Below are positions 19,170-29,529 of a stretch of 50,741 bases of DNA, in pieces. The notes under the pieces are model-generated. The model had not been told where the DNA came from. It ran no database searches and worked only from the letters and a program-made list of their open reading frames with translations. Made by a program: the position numbers and the translations under genes. Where the stretch lies: contig CAPBNZ010000002.1 of assembly GCA_948585895.1 (NCBI GenBank), positions 6,857 to 57,597 of the forward strand. Reading direction: 5' to 3'. Positions within the stretch are counted from its first letter, which is position 1; every line of letters starts with the position of its first letter. This DNA comes from an uncultured Clostridia bacterium (GTDB taxonomy: Bacteria > Bacillota > Clostridia > TANB77 > CAG-508).

Positions 19170-19955
19170 ATGGCAAGAATCCGCAAAGAAAATATGAATA
19201 CTTCCTTTTTTCATACTATGGTTCAAGGAATTAACAAAGAATATATTTTTGAGTCTATAAAAGATAGAAATCAATATTTAAAAATAATGAAAGAGACAAG
19301 AGAAAAAATAGACATTACTATTTTGGCTTATTGTATTATGAGCAATCATGCACATATATTATTTTATGAACAAAACAAAGAAAATTTGACGAAATATATG
19401 CACAGAATAAACTTATTATATGCTAAATATTATAATAAAAAATATGATAGAGTGGGTTATGTTTTCCGCGATAGATATAAGACACAGCCAATATATAGCG
19501 AAAAATACCTATATATGTGTGTAAAATATATACACAATAATCCAATAAAAGCGAATATATGTAAGGAGGCAAATGAATATAGATATTCAAGTTGCCATCA
19601 TAATATTTTTTATAGGGATACAGAATTGGAAAGAAATATTAAAAATAACATGTATGTACAACAAACGAAACGAGAGGAAGAGCAAAATTTTATATTAATG
19701 GAAGAAGACTTTAACAAAGAAGAAATATGCAATCAAATAATAAAAGAAATTGCAATGGAAAATCATATAACAAAAGAAGAAATTTGTCAGAGCAATGAAC
19801 GAATAGGTCTGCTTATTAAAAAGTTAAAAATTCAAAATAATATATCCTATCGAATGTTAGAAAGCGTATTAGGAATTAACCGTAAGAAGCTAAAAAGGAT
19901 TGAGCAAGAACAAATAGAAGGAAAAACAGATGCAGAAAGGTTAGAAAATGAATAA
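19170..19955 (+). CDS. IS200/Y1-transposase-like (REP-associated tyrosine transposase, RAYT-like) protein with C-terminal HTH-like extension
   Basis: HUH motif in CIMSNHAHILF and catalytic Tyr context YIHNNPIKA. The roughly 100-aa C-terminal extension (ISYRMLESVLGINRKKLKRI) looks like an HTH. Overlaps tilS by 8 nt. Confidence 0.8.
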   Translation: MARIRKENMNTSFFHTMVQGINKEYIFESIKDRNQYLKIMKETREKIDITILAYCIMSNHAHILFYEQNKENLTKYMHRINLLYAKYYNKKYDRVGYVFRDRYKTQPIYSEKYLYMCVKYIHNNPIKANICKEANEYRYSSCHHNIFYRDTELERNIKNNMYVQQTKREEEQNFILMEEDFNKEEICNQIIKEIAMENHITKEEICQSNERIGLLIKKLKIQNNISYRMLESVLGINRKKLKRIEQEQIEGKTDAERLENE

Positions 19956-21006
19956 AAGAAAAAATGAAAAAGAAAAGTTAGAAAATAAAATAATAGAAAC
20001 CATAAAAAAGTATGATTTAATAAAAAGTGGAGAAAAGGTAGTTATAGGGGTTTCAGGAGGACCAGATTCCATATGTCTATTAGATAACTTAAATAGAATT
20101 AGAAAAAAGAATCCATTAAGTCGAAAATATCACCAAACAAACCTGGAACCAGTGGAGACGAATTTTGAAATTGTAGTTGCACATATCAATCATATGATTC
20201 GAGAAGAAGCCAAACAAGATGAGCAATATGTGAAAGAATATTGTAAAAAAAATGATATTGAATTTTATGCAAAAAGTATAGATGTCCAGAAAATGGCACA
20301 TACTAATAAAATAGGAACAGAAGAAGCAGGAAGAATAGCAAGGTACCAATTCTTTGATGAAATCTTGCACAAAACCGAAGCAAATAAAATAGCAGTGGCA
20401 CATAACAAAAACGATAAAATAGAGACTATTTTAATGAATACATTAAGAGGTAGCGGAATGGAAGGATTAAGAGGAATCGAACCAAAAAGAGGAAAGATTA
20501 TAAGACCTTTAATTGAATGTGAAAGAACACAAATAGAAACATACTGTGAAGAAAGGCAGTTAAACCCAAGAATTGATAAAACAAATTTTGAAAATATTTA
20601 TAATAGAAATAAAATTAGGAATGTTGTTATTCCGTATATTCAAGAGGAATTTAATCCTAATATTATCACAACAATAGATAGATTATCAGATATTATAACC
20701 CTAGAAAATGAATATATGGAGAAACAAACACAAAACATATATCAGAAGTTAGTAATAGAAGAAAAAGAAAAAGAAATCATAATCAATTTAAAAAGCTTTA
20801 ATTCACAAGAAATAGTAATAAAATCAAGGTTAGTAAGATATATTATAAAAAGGTTATTAGCGAGTAATACAAGTATTGAAAAGATACATATAGAGGATAT
20901 AATAAAATTATGCAACAACAATATAGGAAATAAATATCTAACACCAAACAAAAATATGAAGGTTTTAGTCAGAAATCACAAAATTTATTTTATAAGTCAA
21001 AGATAA
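19948..21006 (+). CDS. tilS: tRNA(Ile)-lysidine synthase
   Basis: PP-loop VVIGVSGGPDSICLL. Conserved position upstream of ftsH. Confidence 0.9.
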   Translation: MNKRKNEKEKLENKIIETIKKYDLIKSGEKVVIGVSGGPDSICLLDNLNRIRKKNPLSRKYHQTNLEPVETNFEIVVAHINHMIREEAKQDEQYVKEYCKKNDIEFYAKSIDVQKMAHTNKIGTEEAGRIARYQFFDEILHKTEANKIAVAHNKNDKIETILMNTLRGSGMEGLRGIEPKRGKIIRPLIECERTQIETYCEERQLNPRIDKTNFENIYNRNKIRNVVIPYIQEEFNPNIITTIDRLSDIITLENEYMEKQTQNIYQKLVIEEKEKEIIINLKSFNSQEIVIKSRLVRYIIKRLLASNTSIEKIHIEDIIKLCNNNIGNKYLTPNKNMKVLVRNHKIYFISQR

Positions 21007-21181
21007 ATAGCCGTAACAAATTATAAAAAGGTGAACGTTTGTAATAAAAAAGTCATAAAAAAAATATTTACAAACCAACAATTATATGTTATAAAATCAA
21101 TGGAAAAAACAAAGCATATGTCCCAAAGTGGACAAATGTCCATTTAGAAACATTCCCAATGGGGACAAAGGAGGAATTATT

Positions 21182-22990
21182 TTGAAGAACGGAATTAAAA
21201 CATTAGCCATGTGGTTAATTATAGGAATTATTTTTATAGTAGTATTGTCATCTATAGTAGAAAATAGTGATGCTAAATTAAAATACTCAGAATTAATTGG
21301 AGATATTAATAGTGGGAAAGTAGAAGCCATACAAATTGAATCAGATGGAAAAATGGCAACTGTTACCCTAAAAGATGATAAAATTAAAAAAGAAGTAAAT
21401 ATACCAGACTTAGAAAGCTTTATGTCATACACAGAAGATTTTCTAAAAGAAGGAGCTTTTACTTTAGAAGAGAAATCTCAATCTATCTTTATTACCATTC
21501 TTAGTCTACTTACTCCATTTGGACTATTAATCATATTCTTTATTTTCTGGTTCTTTATGATGGGAGGAGCAGGTCAAGGTGGAGCAGGAAATAAAACTAT
21601 GACATTTGGAAAAAGCAAAGCAAGAATGATGACACCTGCCGAGAAAAATAAAATTACATTTGAAGATGTAGCAGGAGTAGATGAAGAAAAAGAAGAATTA
21701 GAAGAAATCGTGCAATTTTTAAAAAATCCAAAGAAATTTACAGATATGGGGGCAAGAATACCAAAAGGAGTTTTATTAGTAGGACAGCCAGGTACAGGTA
21801 AAACCTTATTAGCTAAAGCAGTAGCAGGAGAAGCAGGAGTACCATTCTTTATTATAAGTGGATCAGACTTTGTTGAAATGTTTGTTGGTGTAGGAGCTTC
21901 AAGAGTTAGAGACTTATTTGATCAAGCTAAGAAAAATGCACCATGTATTATATTTATTGATGAAATTGATGCAGTAGGACGCCAAAGAGGTGCAGGACTT
22001 GGTGGAGGACATGATGAAAGAGAACAAACATTAAACCAATTATTAGTAGAAATGGATGGATTCGCAGAAAACGAAGGTGTTATTGTACTTGCAGCAACCA
22101 ATAGACCAGACGTATTAGACAAAGCTTTACTTAGAGCAGGAAGATTTGACAGACAAATAGTAGTTGGTTTACCAGATGTCAAAGCAAGAGAACAAATCTT
22201 AGAAGTACATTCTAGGAAAAAACGTTTTGCAGAAGATGTAGACTTAAAAGTAATTGCTAAAAATACATCAGGATTTGCTGGGGCAGACTTAGAAAACATT
22301 CTAAACGAAGCAGCTTTATTAGCTGCTAGAAGAAACTTAAGTGAAATAGGAATGAAAGAAATTGAAGATGCTATGGTAAAAGTAACCATGGGACCAGAAA
22401 AGAAAACAAAAGTAAGAAGTGAAAAAGAAAATAAATTAGTAGCTTATCATGAAGCAGGTCATGCAGTAGTAAGCCATTACTTAGAAACACAAGACCCAGT
22501 GCATCAAATATCAATTGTGCCAAGAGGTATGGCAGGAGGATATACTATGTATCGTCCAACAGAAGACAAATCTTTCATGTCAAAAACAGAAATGGAAGAA
22601 AATATTGTATCACTACTTGGGGGAAGAGTAGCAGAAGCTTTAATTTTAAATGACATTTCTACAGGAGCAAGTAATGATATTGAAAGAGCAACAAAGATTG
22701 CAAGAAGTATGGTAACCAAATATGGAATGAGCGAAAAAATTGGGGCATTAATGTTAGGCTCTAATCAAGAAGAAGTATTCCTTGGAAGAGATTTTGCACA
22801 AGCAAAAGAATATTCAGAAGAAACAGCAGCAGTAATAGACGAAGAAACAAAAAGAATTGTAGATACAGGATATAACAGAGCAAAACAAATTTTATCAGAC
22901 AATATAGATAAATTGCATCAAGTGGCAGGAATCTTATTAGAAAAGGAAAAAATCGAAGCAGACGAATTCGAGGCAATATTTGGAGAATAG
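21182..22990 (+). CDS. ftsH: ATP-dependent zinc metalloprotease FtsH
   Basis: Walker [17 protein letters not shown] region, zinc site HEAGHA. AAAGGAGG at 21167-21174 favours TTG 21182 over the track start 21128. Confidence 0.95.
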   Translation: MKNGIKTLAMWLIIGIIFIVVLSSIVENSDAKLKYSELIGDINSGKVEAIQIESDGKMATVTLKDDKIKKEVNIPDLESFMSYTEDFLKEGAFTLEEKSQSIFITILSLLTPFGLLIIFFIFWFFMMGGAGQGGAGNKTMTFGKSKARMMTPAEKNKITFEDVAGVDEEKEELEEIVQFLKNPKKFTDMGARIPKGVLLVGQPGTGKTLLAKAVAGEAGVPFFIISGSDFVEMFVGVGASRVRDLFDQAKKNAPCIIFIDEIDAVGRQRGAGLGGGHDEREQTLNQLLVEMDGFAENEGVIVLAATNRPDVLDKALLRAGRFDRQIVVGLPDVKAREQILEVHSRKKRFAEDVDLKVIAKNTSGFAGADLENILNEAALLAARRNLSEIGMKEIEDAMVKVTMGPEKKTKVRSEKENKLVAYHEAGHAVVSHYLETQDPVHQISIVPRGMAGGYTMYRPTEDKSFMSKTEMEENIVSLLGGRVAEALILNDISTGASNDIERATKIARSMVTKYGMSEKIGALMLGSNQEEVFLGRDFAQAKEYSEETAAVIDEETKRIVDTGYNRAKQILSDNIDKLHQVAGILLEKEKIEADEFEAIFGE

Positions 22991-22996
22991 GAAAAT

Positions 22997-23530
22997 ATGA
23001 AGAATTATTATGAGATATTAGAAGTAAATAACAAAGCTTCACAAGAAGTAATTGAAAAAGCATATAAAGTATTAGTAAAAAAATATCACCCAGATTTATA
23101 TACCAATCAGATAAACCCAGAAGCCAATAAAAAAATAAAAGAGATTAATGAAGCATATGAAGTACTTTCTAACCACTTTTTAAGAGAACAATACAATCTT
23201 GAATTGCAAAAAGAAGAAAATAGAGTAAAGCAAGAAATAAGGCAGAAAAGAGTTCAAAAGCCCAAAGAAGTAAAACAAGCTAATGATAATAACAAAAAAT
23301 ATAAAGTTGGCACTCTTTCTGGAATTATTGAACTAATAAAAGAATTATATAAAAACAAGCCAAAAAGAGAAGAAATAAAAGAGCTTACCAAAAAAGATTT
23401 CATAGCAGTAATATTAACAATTATAGTTCTTATCATAATTGGAATTATTTTATGGTTTATACCATTTACAAATGGATGGATGAGAGAACTTCTATTTGAA
23501 AATCCATTATTTAGTTGGATAAGTAAATAA
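22997..23530 (+). CDS. J-domain (DnaJ-like) protein with C-terminal TM anchor
   Basis: [32 protein letters not shown] contains the HPD motif. Hydrophobic segment [20 protein letters not shown] near the C-terminus. Confidence 0.75.
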   Translation: MKNYYEILEVNNKASQEVIEKAYKVLVKKYHPDLYTNQINPEANKKIKEINEAYEVLSNHFLREQYNLELQKEENRVKQEIRQKRVQKPKEVKQANDNNKKYKVGTLSGIIELIKELYKNKPKREEIKELTKKDFIAVILTIIVLIIIGIILWFIPFTNGWMRELLFENPLFSWISK

Positions 23531-23577
23531 CACATGTGTTTTTCCTCAAAACAATTTAATTATGAATACTAAAAAAT

Positions 23578-23625
23578 GAAACCGCAAAAATCCTATTCTT
23601 CAGGTATTGTTGCGGTTTCTTTTTT
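23578..23625 (+). terminator. Rho-independent terminator of the tilS-ftsH-J-domain unit
   Basis: GAAACCGCAA / TTGCGGTTTC 10-bp stem followed by T6. Confidence 0.8.
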
Positions 23626-23722
23626 AGCATTTGTTTGTTGGAATAAGAGGTATCAAACAACTTGAAAAAAGTAACATTTTAAATCATTACAAAAAGAAGC
23701 AGTATTATTTGAATACTAACTA

Positions 23723-23751
23723 TTGACAAGTCCAAACCTTTCATGTATAAT
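23723..23751 (+). promoter_or_regulatory. Consensus sigma-A promoter of rpsU
   Basis: TTGACA, 17-nt spacer, TATAAT. Confidence 0.75.
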
Positions 23752-23816
23752 AAATAACGTTAAAAGGGTTATCCCACATACAGTCTTTGTATGGACCGGA
23801 AGGAGGGGAAAATAAA

Positions 23817-23987
23817 ATGTCAGAGATAAAAGTTAATAATGGTAATATAGAAGATGCCTTAAAAAGATTTAAAAGACAATGTGCAAGAAATGGAGTCATT
23901 CAAGAAGTACGTAAAAGGGAGCATTATGAAAAACCTAGTGTAAAGAGAAAGAAAAAATCAGAGGCAGCAAGAAAAAGAAAATTTTAA
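23817..23987 (+). CDS. rpsU: 30S ribosomal protein S21
   Basis: [55 protein letters not shown]. Internal ATG of track ORF 23787. Confidence 0.95.
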   Translation: MSEIKVNNGNIEDALKRFKRQCARNGVIQEVRKREHYEKPSVKRKKKSEAARKRKF

Positions 23988-23994
23988 AAAGTGG

Positions 23995-24040
23995 ATTGGA
24001 AGTTAAGGGTGAAAGATTACTTAAGGCTTCCAATTTTTGT
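23995..24040 (+). terminator. Rho-independent terminator of rpsU
   Basis: ATTGGAAG-TTAAG / CTTAAGGCTTCCAAT stem followed by TTTTTG. Confidence 0.7.
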
Positions 24041-24148
24041 TTACAACAATGAGAACAAAAGGAAAAAATTAGAAATTAGTAAAATACAAACGATGTTAAA
24101 GTATAATAAAGTAAAAATGTAGTATACTAAATCAAAGGAGGAAAAGAG

Positions 24149-25417
24149 ATGGAATACAAACAAACAGAATTAAAAAAGGGAATTAATTTCCACACCATTC
24201 ATACTGATAAATTCAAAACAAACTTAATTGCTATATTTTTAACAACAGCATTAAATCGAGAAAATGTAACGAAAAACGCAGTAATATCAGCCCTTTTAAG
24301 AAGAGGTTCAAAAACAATGCCTTCACAAGAAGAAATCAGTAAAGAAATGGAAGAAATGTATGGTGCAAGTTTCGATTGTGGACTAGACAAAACGGGAGAC
24401 AATCAAGTTTTAAAATTTTATATAGAAACAATAAATGATAACTTTTTGCCACAAAAAGGAGAAGATATATTAGAAACATCCATTGAAAAACTATTAGAAA
24501 TTGTATTAGATCCTTATATAGAAGAAGGATTTAAAACAGAATATGTAGAACAGGAGAAAAACAATATTAGACAAAGAATTGAGGGGAAAATTGACAACAA
24601 AGCCAAATATGCAATGGATCGTTGCATAGAAGAAATGTATAAAGACCAACCATTTGGGTTATACCGATTTGGCTATTTAGAAGATTTAGACAAGATGGAT
24701 GGCAAAAATCTTTATAACTATTATCAAGAATTAATAAATACCTGTAAAATTGATATATTTGTATCAGGAATTATAAAAGATGATATGAATCAAATCGTTA
24801 AAAATAATGACAATATAAAAAAATTAAAAGAAAGAACACCAAATTATAAAATTCCAAAAGAGTTAAATAAAAACCTGATGGAAAAAGAAAAAGTAGTAAC
24901 TGAATCCATGGAAGTAACACAAGGAAAACTAATATTAGGATTAGATGTCCACTTAGAAAAAGAAGATTTAAGATATGACACATTAATTTATAATAGTATC
25001 TTAGGAGGTAGTGCCAACTCTAAAATGTTCCAGAATGTTAGAGAAAAGGCACATTTAGCATATGTAGCAAGTTCGAGTTATTTAAGATATAAAAATAATA
25101 TATTTGTAAATTGTGGAATTGAAATAGCAAACTATGAAAAAGCATTAGCATTAATCAAACAACAAATAGAGGACATGAAAAAAGGTGAATTTACAGAAGA
25201 AGAAATTGAAAATGCTAAAAAAGGAATTATAGCTACCATAAAAACTATAGAAGATGAGCAAGATACAGGAATCACCTATTATTTTGGGCAAGAATTATCA
25301 CAAAATAATATTTCAATAGAAGAATATATGGAAAAGATTGAAAAAGTCACAAAAGATGATGTCATTCACATAGCAGAAAATATAGCAATTCATACAATTT
25401 ATTTCCTAAAAAATTAA
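24149..25417 (+). CDS. M16-family (pitrilysin-like) peptidase, non-catalytic subunit type
   Basis: 422 aa with insulinase-like fold and length but no HxxEH motif. Paired with the catalytic paralogue downstream. Confidence 0.8.
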   Translation: MEYKQTELKKGINFHTIHTDKFKTNLIAIFLTTALNRENVTKNAVISALLRRGSKTMPSQEEISKEMEEMYGASFDCGLDKTGDNQVLKFYIETINDNFLPQKGEDILETSIEKLLEIVLDPYIEEGFKTEYVEQEKNNIRQRIEGKIDNKAKYAMDRCIEEMYKDQPFGLYRFGYLEDLDKMDGKNLYNYYQELINTCKIDIFVSGIIKDDMNQIVKNNDNIKKLKERTPNYKIPKELNKNLMEKEKVVTESMEVTQGKLILGLDVHLEKEDLRYDTLIYNSILGGSANSKMFQNVREKAHLAYVASSSYLRYKNNIFVNCGIEIANYEKALALIKQQIEDMKKGEFTEEEIENAKKGIIATIKTIEDEQDTGITYYFGQELSQNNISIEEYMEKIEKVTKDDVIHIAENIAIHTIYFLKN

Positions 25418-25483
25418 AAACTTAGGTAAAGGCGGAAGAATATAGAAACTTTACATTAAAATAATATTTAAAGGAGGAGAAAA

Positions 25484-26746
25484 GTGCAGATTATTGAGAA
25501 TTTAAAAGTAAAAGAAAAAGTCTATATCGAAAAATTAAAAAATGGTTTAACAGTAATCATAATCCCTAAAAAAGACATTCAAAAAAAATATATGATATGG
25601 GGAACAAAATATGGTTCAAATGAAAGCAGTTTTGTAGTTCCTGGAGAGGAAGAAGTAACAATTGTACCAAATGGAGTAGCACACTTTTTAGAACACAAGC
25701 TATTTGAACAAGAAAATGGCACAAACAGTTTAGATACGTTAACAGCATTGGGAGTAGATGCTAATGCATACACAACAAATGACCATACAGCATATTTATT
25801 TGAATGTACAGATAATTTTTATGAAGCTATGGATGAATTAATGGATTATGTACAACATCCTTATTTTACAGACGAGAATGTTGAAAAAGAAAAAGGAATT
25901 ATAGGTCAAGAAATTATGATGTATGACGATTATCCTGAATGGAGAGTTTACTTAAATGCAATGCAAGCAATGTATCATAACAATCCAGTAAAAATAGACA
26001 TTGTAGGAACCATTGAGACGATTGGTAAAATTGATAAAGAAATTTTATACAAATGTTACCATACTTTTTATAATCCATCTAATATGACAATGGTATTATG
26101 TGGTGATTTTAGCCCAGAAGACATGATACAGCAAGTAAAGAAGAGATTAGTAGAAAAAGAACCAAGTGGAGAAATAAAAAGAGTATATCCAGAAGAACCA
26201 GAGGAAATTGTACAAGAAAAAATAGAGCAAAAATTAGAAGTAAGTCAACCATTATATACAATAGGAATAAAAGATACTGGAAAATGCGAAGTAAAAAAAC
26301 ATATTGCAATGGAAATTTTGTTGAATTTACTGATAGGAAGAAGCTCCAATTTATACAAAGAGCTTTACAACCAAGGTATTATTTATGCCCAACCTAGTTT
26401 AGAATATGAATTTACCAATATTTATGCACATGCAATAATAAGTGGTCAATCCAATGAGCCAGAAAAAGTTTATCAAAAATTTAAAGAAGAAGTACAAAAA
26501 TTTAAGACAGAAGGAATTAATCAGGCAGATTTTAATCGTATGAAAAAGATGATTTATGGTGGATATATAAAAGAATATAATGATGTTGCAGATATAGCTA
26601 GAATGTTTTTAGCAGACTATTTTAAAGGAATCAACAGTTTTGACTATTTAGAGGAGATAGAAGGGATTACTGTAGAATATTTGGAGCAAATATTAAAAGA
26701 TGTCTTCAATGAGGAGAAAATGGTTCTTTCTATCGTAAGAAGTTAA
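25484..26746 (+). CDS. M16-family zinc peptidase, catalytic type
   Basis: GTG start after AAGGAGGAG. Inverted zincin motif HFLEHKLF (HxxEH). Confidence 0.85.
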   Translation: MQIIENLKVKEKVYIEKLKNGLTVIIIPKKDIQKKYMIWGTKYGSNESSFVVPGEEEVTIVPNGVAHFLEHKLFEQENGTNSLDTLTALGVDANAYTTNDHTAYLFECTDNFYEAMDELMDYVQHPYFTDENVEKEKGIIGQEIMMYDDYPEWRVYLNAMQAMYHNNPVKIDIVGTIETIGKIDKEILYKCYHTFYNPSNMTMVLCGDFSPEDMIQQVKKRLVEKEPSGEIKRVYPEEPEEIVQEKIEQKLEVSQPLYTIGIKDTGKCEVKKHIAMEILLNLLIGRSSNLYKELYNQGIIYAQPSLEYEFTNIYAHAIISGQSNEPEKVYQKFKEEVQKFKTEGINQADFNRMKKMIYGGYIKEYNDVADIARMFLADYFKGINSFDYLEEIEGITVEYLEQILKDVFNEEKMVLSIVRS

Positions 26747-26784
26747 AAAAATGAATAAAAATGGGAAAAAATAAAATGTAATAA

Positions 26785-26824
26785 AAACGGCATTTACAGA
26801 GGAAAAATGGAAATGCCGTTTTCT
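26785..26824 (+). terminator. Rho-independent terminator
   Basis: AAACGGCATTT / AAATGCCGTTT 11-bp stem followed by a T-run. Confidence 0.8.
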
Positions 26825-26964
26825 GCTGTCTATCTATGTCGGAAAAAGATAAAAGGGGTCGTACGAAAGTTGACAAAAAGCCTTGAAAATACTTGACTTG
26901 GGAAGAATGTTGTGGTAATTTATAAGTATACAAAAGATAAATAGAATAAAAAGGAGATATAAAT

Positions 26965-27135
26965 ATGTTAAATGATGAAATTTGTAAATTAAGAGATAAA
27001 CTAAATAAAAGTATAGAACAAGGTGATGATTATAGTGTCACTTATCAATTAAGTGTCGAATTAGACGAACTAATTGCTAAATATTATGAAAGTTTAAAAA
27101 ATAGTAAAAAAAAACTGATAATGACAAACAGCTAG
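26965..27135 (+). CDS. Spo0E-family aspartyl-phosphate phosphatase-like small protein (56 aa, absent from the ORF track)
   Basis: AAAGGAG RBS. MLNDEICKLRDKLNKSIEQGDDYSVTYQLSVELDELIAKYYESLK matches the Spo0E-like two-helix pattern with an SxELD-type motif. Translation was checked codon by codon. Confidence 0.6.
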   Translation: MLNDEICKLRDKLNKSIEQGDDYSVTYQLSVELDELIAKYYESLKNSKKKLIMTNS

Positions 27136-27138
27136 ACT

Positions 27139-27173
27139 AAAACCTCCTAAATGCTTTGCACATAGGAGGTTTT
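27139..27173. terminator. Hairpin between convergent genes (possible bidirectional terminator)
   Basis: AAAACCTCCTA / TAGGAGGTTTT 11-bp stem with a 13-nt loop. Confidence 0.55.
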
Positions 27174-27214
27174 AATTGACTTAGTGGGAATGCCCACCAA
27201 GTAATGAAACAGAC

Positions 27215-27793
27215 TTATGCTAGTAGTCTATCGATGCAATTAAGAATAACTTTTAAATTATTCTCGGTAAATTGCCGAATACCAGCATTTACAATAGCAT
27301 CTGTTTGCCAGACTTTTTCTGTTTTGATAATAGGACTATTTTTTTTATCAACTTCTAGTAGATGGTGATAGTCCAGAGTCACAGTCTTATTTTTGGGAAG
27401 ACTAAGCCAATAAATGGCAGGCTTTATTGGCAAACCGAACACACCACCATACACAACATTTCGCTTTGTGACTTTTTCTCCCTTTTTTGTCACATTCCAT
27501 TTTGGGGATGCATTTTGTCTACCACTTCGCTGAATAGCAAAGTTAAACAATTCTGCTATTTTCCTTTTTTTCTGCGGCTGATATTTTAAATAGCCATCAT
27601 CTTGAAAGCTAGAAACAATATCTAAAAAATTAATATGAAATAAAATAATTTTCTTAGAATCGGTTTCTGGAAACGTTCCTAACTTTCGTAAAGATTTTTG
27701 TAATGCCAAGAGACGTTTCGTCTCTTGGGGTTCAAGTGTTTTTCTTAAAAATTCTGCATACCGTTGATTTTTTTGTCTTTTTTTCTGTTTCAT
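27215..27793 (-). CDS. Hypothetical basic protein (192 aa)
   Basis: One of only two host genes on the minus strand. GGAGG RBS. Visibly more GC-rich than its neighbours. Contains two in-frame CGG codons (codons 11 and 173). No family recognised. Confidence 0.55.
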   Translation of the reverse strand: MKQKKRQKNQRYAEFLRKTLEPQETKRLLALQKSLRKLGTFPETDSKKIILFHINFLDIVSSFQDDGYLKYQPQKKRKIAELFNFAIQRSGRQNASPKWNVTKKGEKVTKRNVVYGGVFGLPIKPAIYWLSLPKNKTVTLDYHHLLEVDKKNSPIIKTEKVWQTDAIVNAGIRQFTENNLKVILNCIDRLLA

Positions 27794-27996
27794 TGTTTTC
27801 CTCCATAAATATTTGGTGATTACTACAGTTTTTACTTTAATATTATAACATAGTATACATAAATAGTAAATACAAAATTATTTAATTACAAAAAGAAATT
27901 TGTTATTTTTCTAAAAAATATTTGAAATAGGCACTTAGATTAGTTGTAATTATAACATGGAAGTTGGCAAAATTTAGTGGCTTTTGAGTAAATTGC

Positions 27997-28025
27997 TTGC
28001 AAGCCTTAAAAATATATACTATAAT
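27997..28025 (+). promoter_or_regulatory. Candidate sigma-A promoter of aspartate kinase
   Basis: TTGCAA, 17-nt spacer, TATAAT. Confidence 0.55.
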
Positions 28026-28093
28026 AACAACATATAAGGATAACTCTATTTAAAATTAAATAAAGTTTTGCAAAAAATAAAGGTGTGACGAAA

Positions 28094-29269
28094 ATGAACA
28101 CAGTAGTATTAAAATTTGGTGGAAGCTCTGTAGCAGATAATATTAAACTAAATGTCGTTGCAGACAAAGTAATAAGCTTAAAAAAAGAAGCAAAAAATGT
28201 AGTAGTTGTTGTATCAGCACAAGGAAAAACAACCAATCAATTAATTAAGGAAGCACAAGAATTATCAGCCATTCCAGAGGAAAGAGAAATGGATATGTTG
28301 TTATCGACAGGAGAACAGATAACAGCATCAAAACTAAGCATACTATTGAACCGAAAAGGATATCCAGCCATTTCCCTAACAGGTTGGCAAGCAGGAATTA
28401 GAACCAATTCAATTCATACAAGTGCAAAAATTGAACGTATTTGTATCGATAGAATGGAAAAAGAGTTAGAAAAGGGAAAAATTATAGTAGTAGCTGGATT
28501 CCAAGGATTAGATGAACAAGAAAATATTACAACATTAGGAAGAGGAGGGTCTGATACAACAGCAGTAGCCTTGCAAGTAGCTCTTAAAGCAGATAAATGT
28601 TATATCTTTTCAGATGTAGATGGAATTTATTCTGCTGATCCCAATATGATTACAATGGCAAAAAGATTAGATGAAATATCTTTTGATGAAATGCAAGAAG
28701 TTGCTGATAGTGGAGCAAAAGTATTACATAATCGTTGCATTCAGATTGGAAAAAAATTTGATTGTAGTATAATTGCTAAATCAACTTTTTTAAATGAAGG
28801 TGGAACTAAAATATGTCAGCAAATTGAATCATCTGAAGTAAAAAGTATTGTAAAGAACGACAAATTAGTGATGATTTTGATGGAAAAAGAAGGAAATATC
28901 GAAGAAGGGGAATTCTATAATATATATCAAAATTTACTACAAAATAATATTATTGTAGAGGCATTTCAAAAACAAGGTAATCAAGTACAATTTAGAATAA
29001 AAGAAACAGAACAAAATAAAGTACAAGAAATATTAGAAAGTAAATATCTAACCTATCAAATCCAACAAAAGAATTTTGTAAAATTGAGTATTGTTGGGTA
29101 TGGTATTACACAAGACAACCAAGTATTAAATCAAGTAATAGAAATATTAAAAAAGCGTAAAATAGAAATAATAGATATTTATTTAACACAATCTAAAATA
29201 GAAATTTTAGTAAAAGAAATAGAAAATGACAGCGTTGCAGAATTGCATCAAAAATTAATAAAAGAATAG
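28094..29269 (+). CDS. Aspartate kinase
   Basis: VVLKFGGSSVAD and LGRGGSDTTA motifs, with C-terminal ACT-like repeats. ATG 28094 was chosen within track ORF 28085. Confidence 0.9.
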   Translation: MNTVVLKFGGSSVADNIKLNVVADKVISLKKEAKNVVVVVSAQGKTTNQLIKEAQELSAIPEEREMDMLLSTGEQITASKLSILLNRKGYPAISLTGWQAGIRTNSIHTSAKIERICIDRMEKELEKGKIIVVAGFQGLDEQENITTLGRGGSDTTAVALQVALKADKCYIFSDVDGIYSADPNMITMAKRLDEISFDEMQEVADSGAKVLHNRCIQIGKKFDCSIIAKSTFLNEGGTKICQQIESSEVKSIVKNDKLVMILMEKEGNIEEGEFYNIYQNLLQNNIIVEAFQKQGNQVQFRIKETEQNKVQEILESKYLTYQIQQKNFVKLSIVGYGITQDNQVLNQVIEILKKRKIEIIDIYLTQSKIEILVKEIENDSVAELHQKLIKE

Positions 29270-29376
29270 CCAAATAGAATGGGTTAGTGTGACTTTGTAA
29301 AACTGGAAAGGTTCGTGGTAATATTTTTATATTTTGTATTTTAAATAATATATTTTTGTATGAAAAGATAGGTGAA

Positions 29377-29508
29377 ATGTATAACAGCAATAAATTATCA
29401 CTATTAAGTGATGAAATATTAAATAAGTTAGCAAACATGCAAAAGAAACGATTAAAATATAGTAGTTTTGTGATAAATATGTTTTTACGAAATGTAATAA
29501 AATGTTAA
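29377..29508 (+). CDS. Possible ribbon-helix-helix (CopG/Arc-like) small protein (43 aa, absent from the ORF track)
   Basis: AGGTGA RBS 4 nt upstream. MYNSNKLSLLSDEILNKLANMQKKRLKYSSFVINMFLRNVIKC fits a beta-strand/helix/helix RHH pattern by eye. Confidence 0.35.
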   Translation: MYNSNKLSLLSDEILNKLANMQKKRLKYSSFVINMFLRNVIKC

Positions 29509-29529
29509 AACTGATGGAAAATGATGATA

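Noticed and set aside
27794-28093. Lysine (L-box) riboswitch or T-box upstream of aspartate kinase
   Set aside because: The 300-nt leader is extremely AT-rich. It lacks the conserved GC-rich L-box core helices and any T-box specifier/antiterminator motifs, and only a promoter-like site was found.
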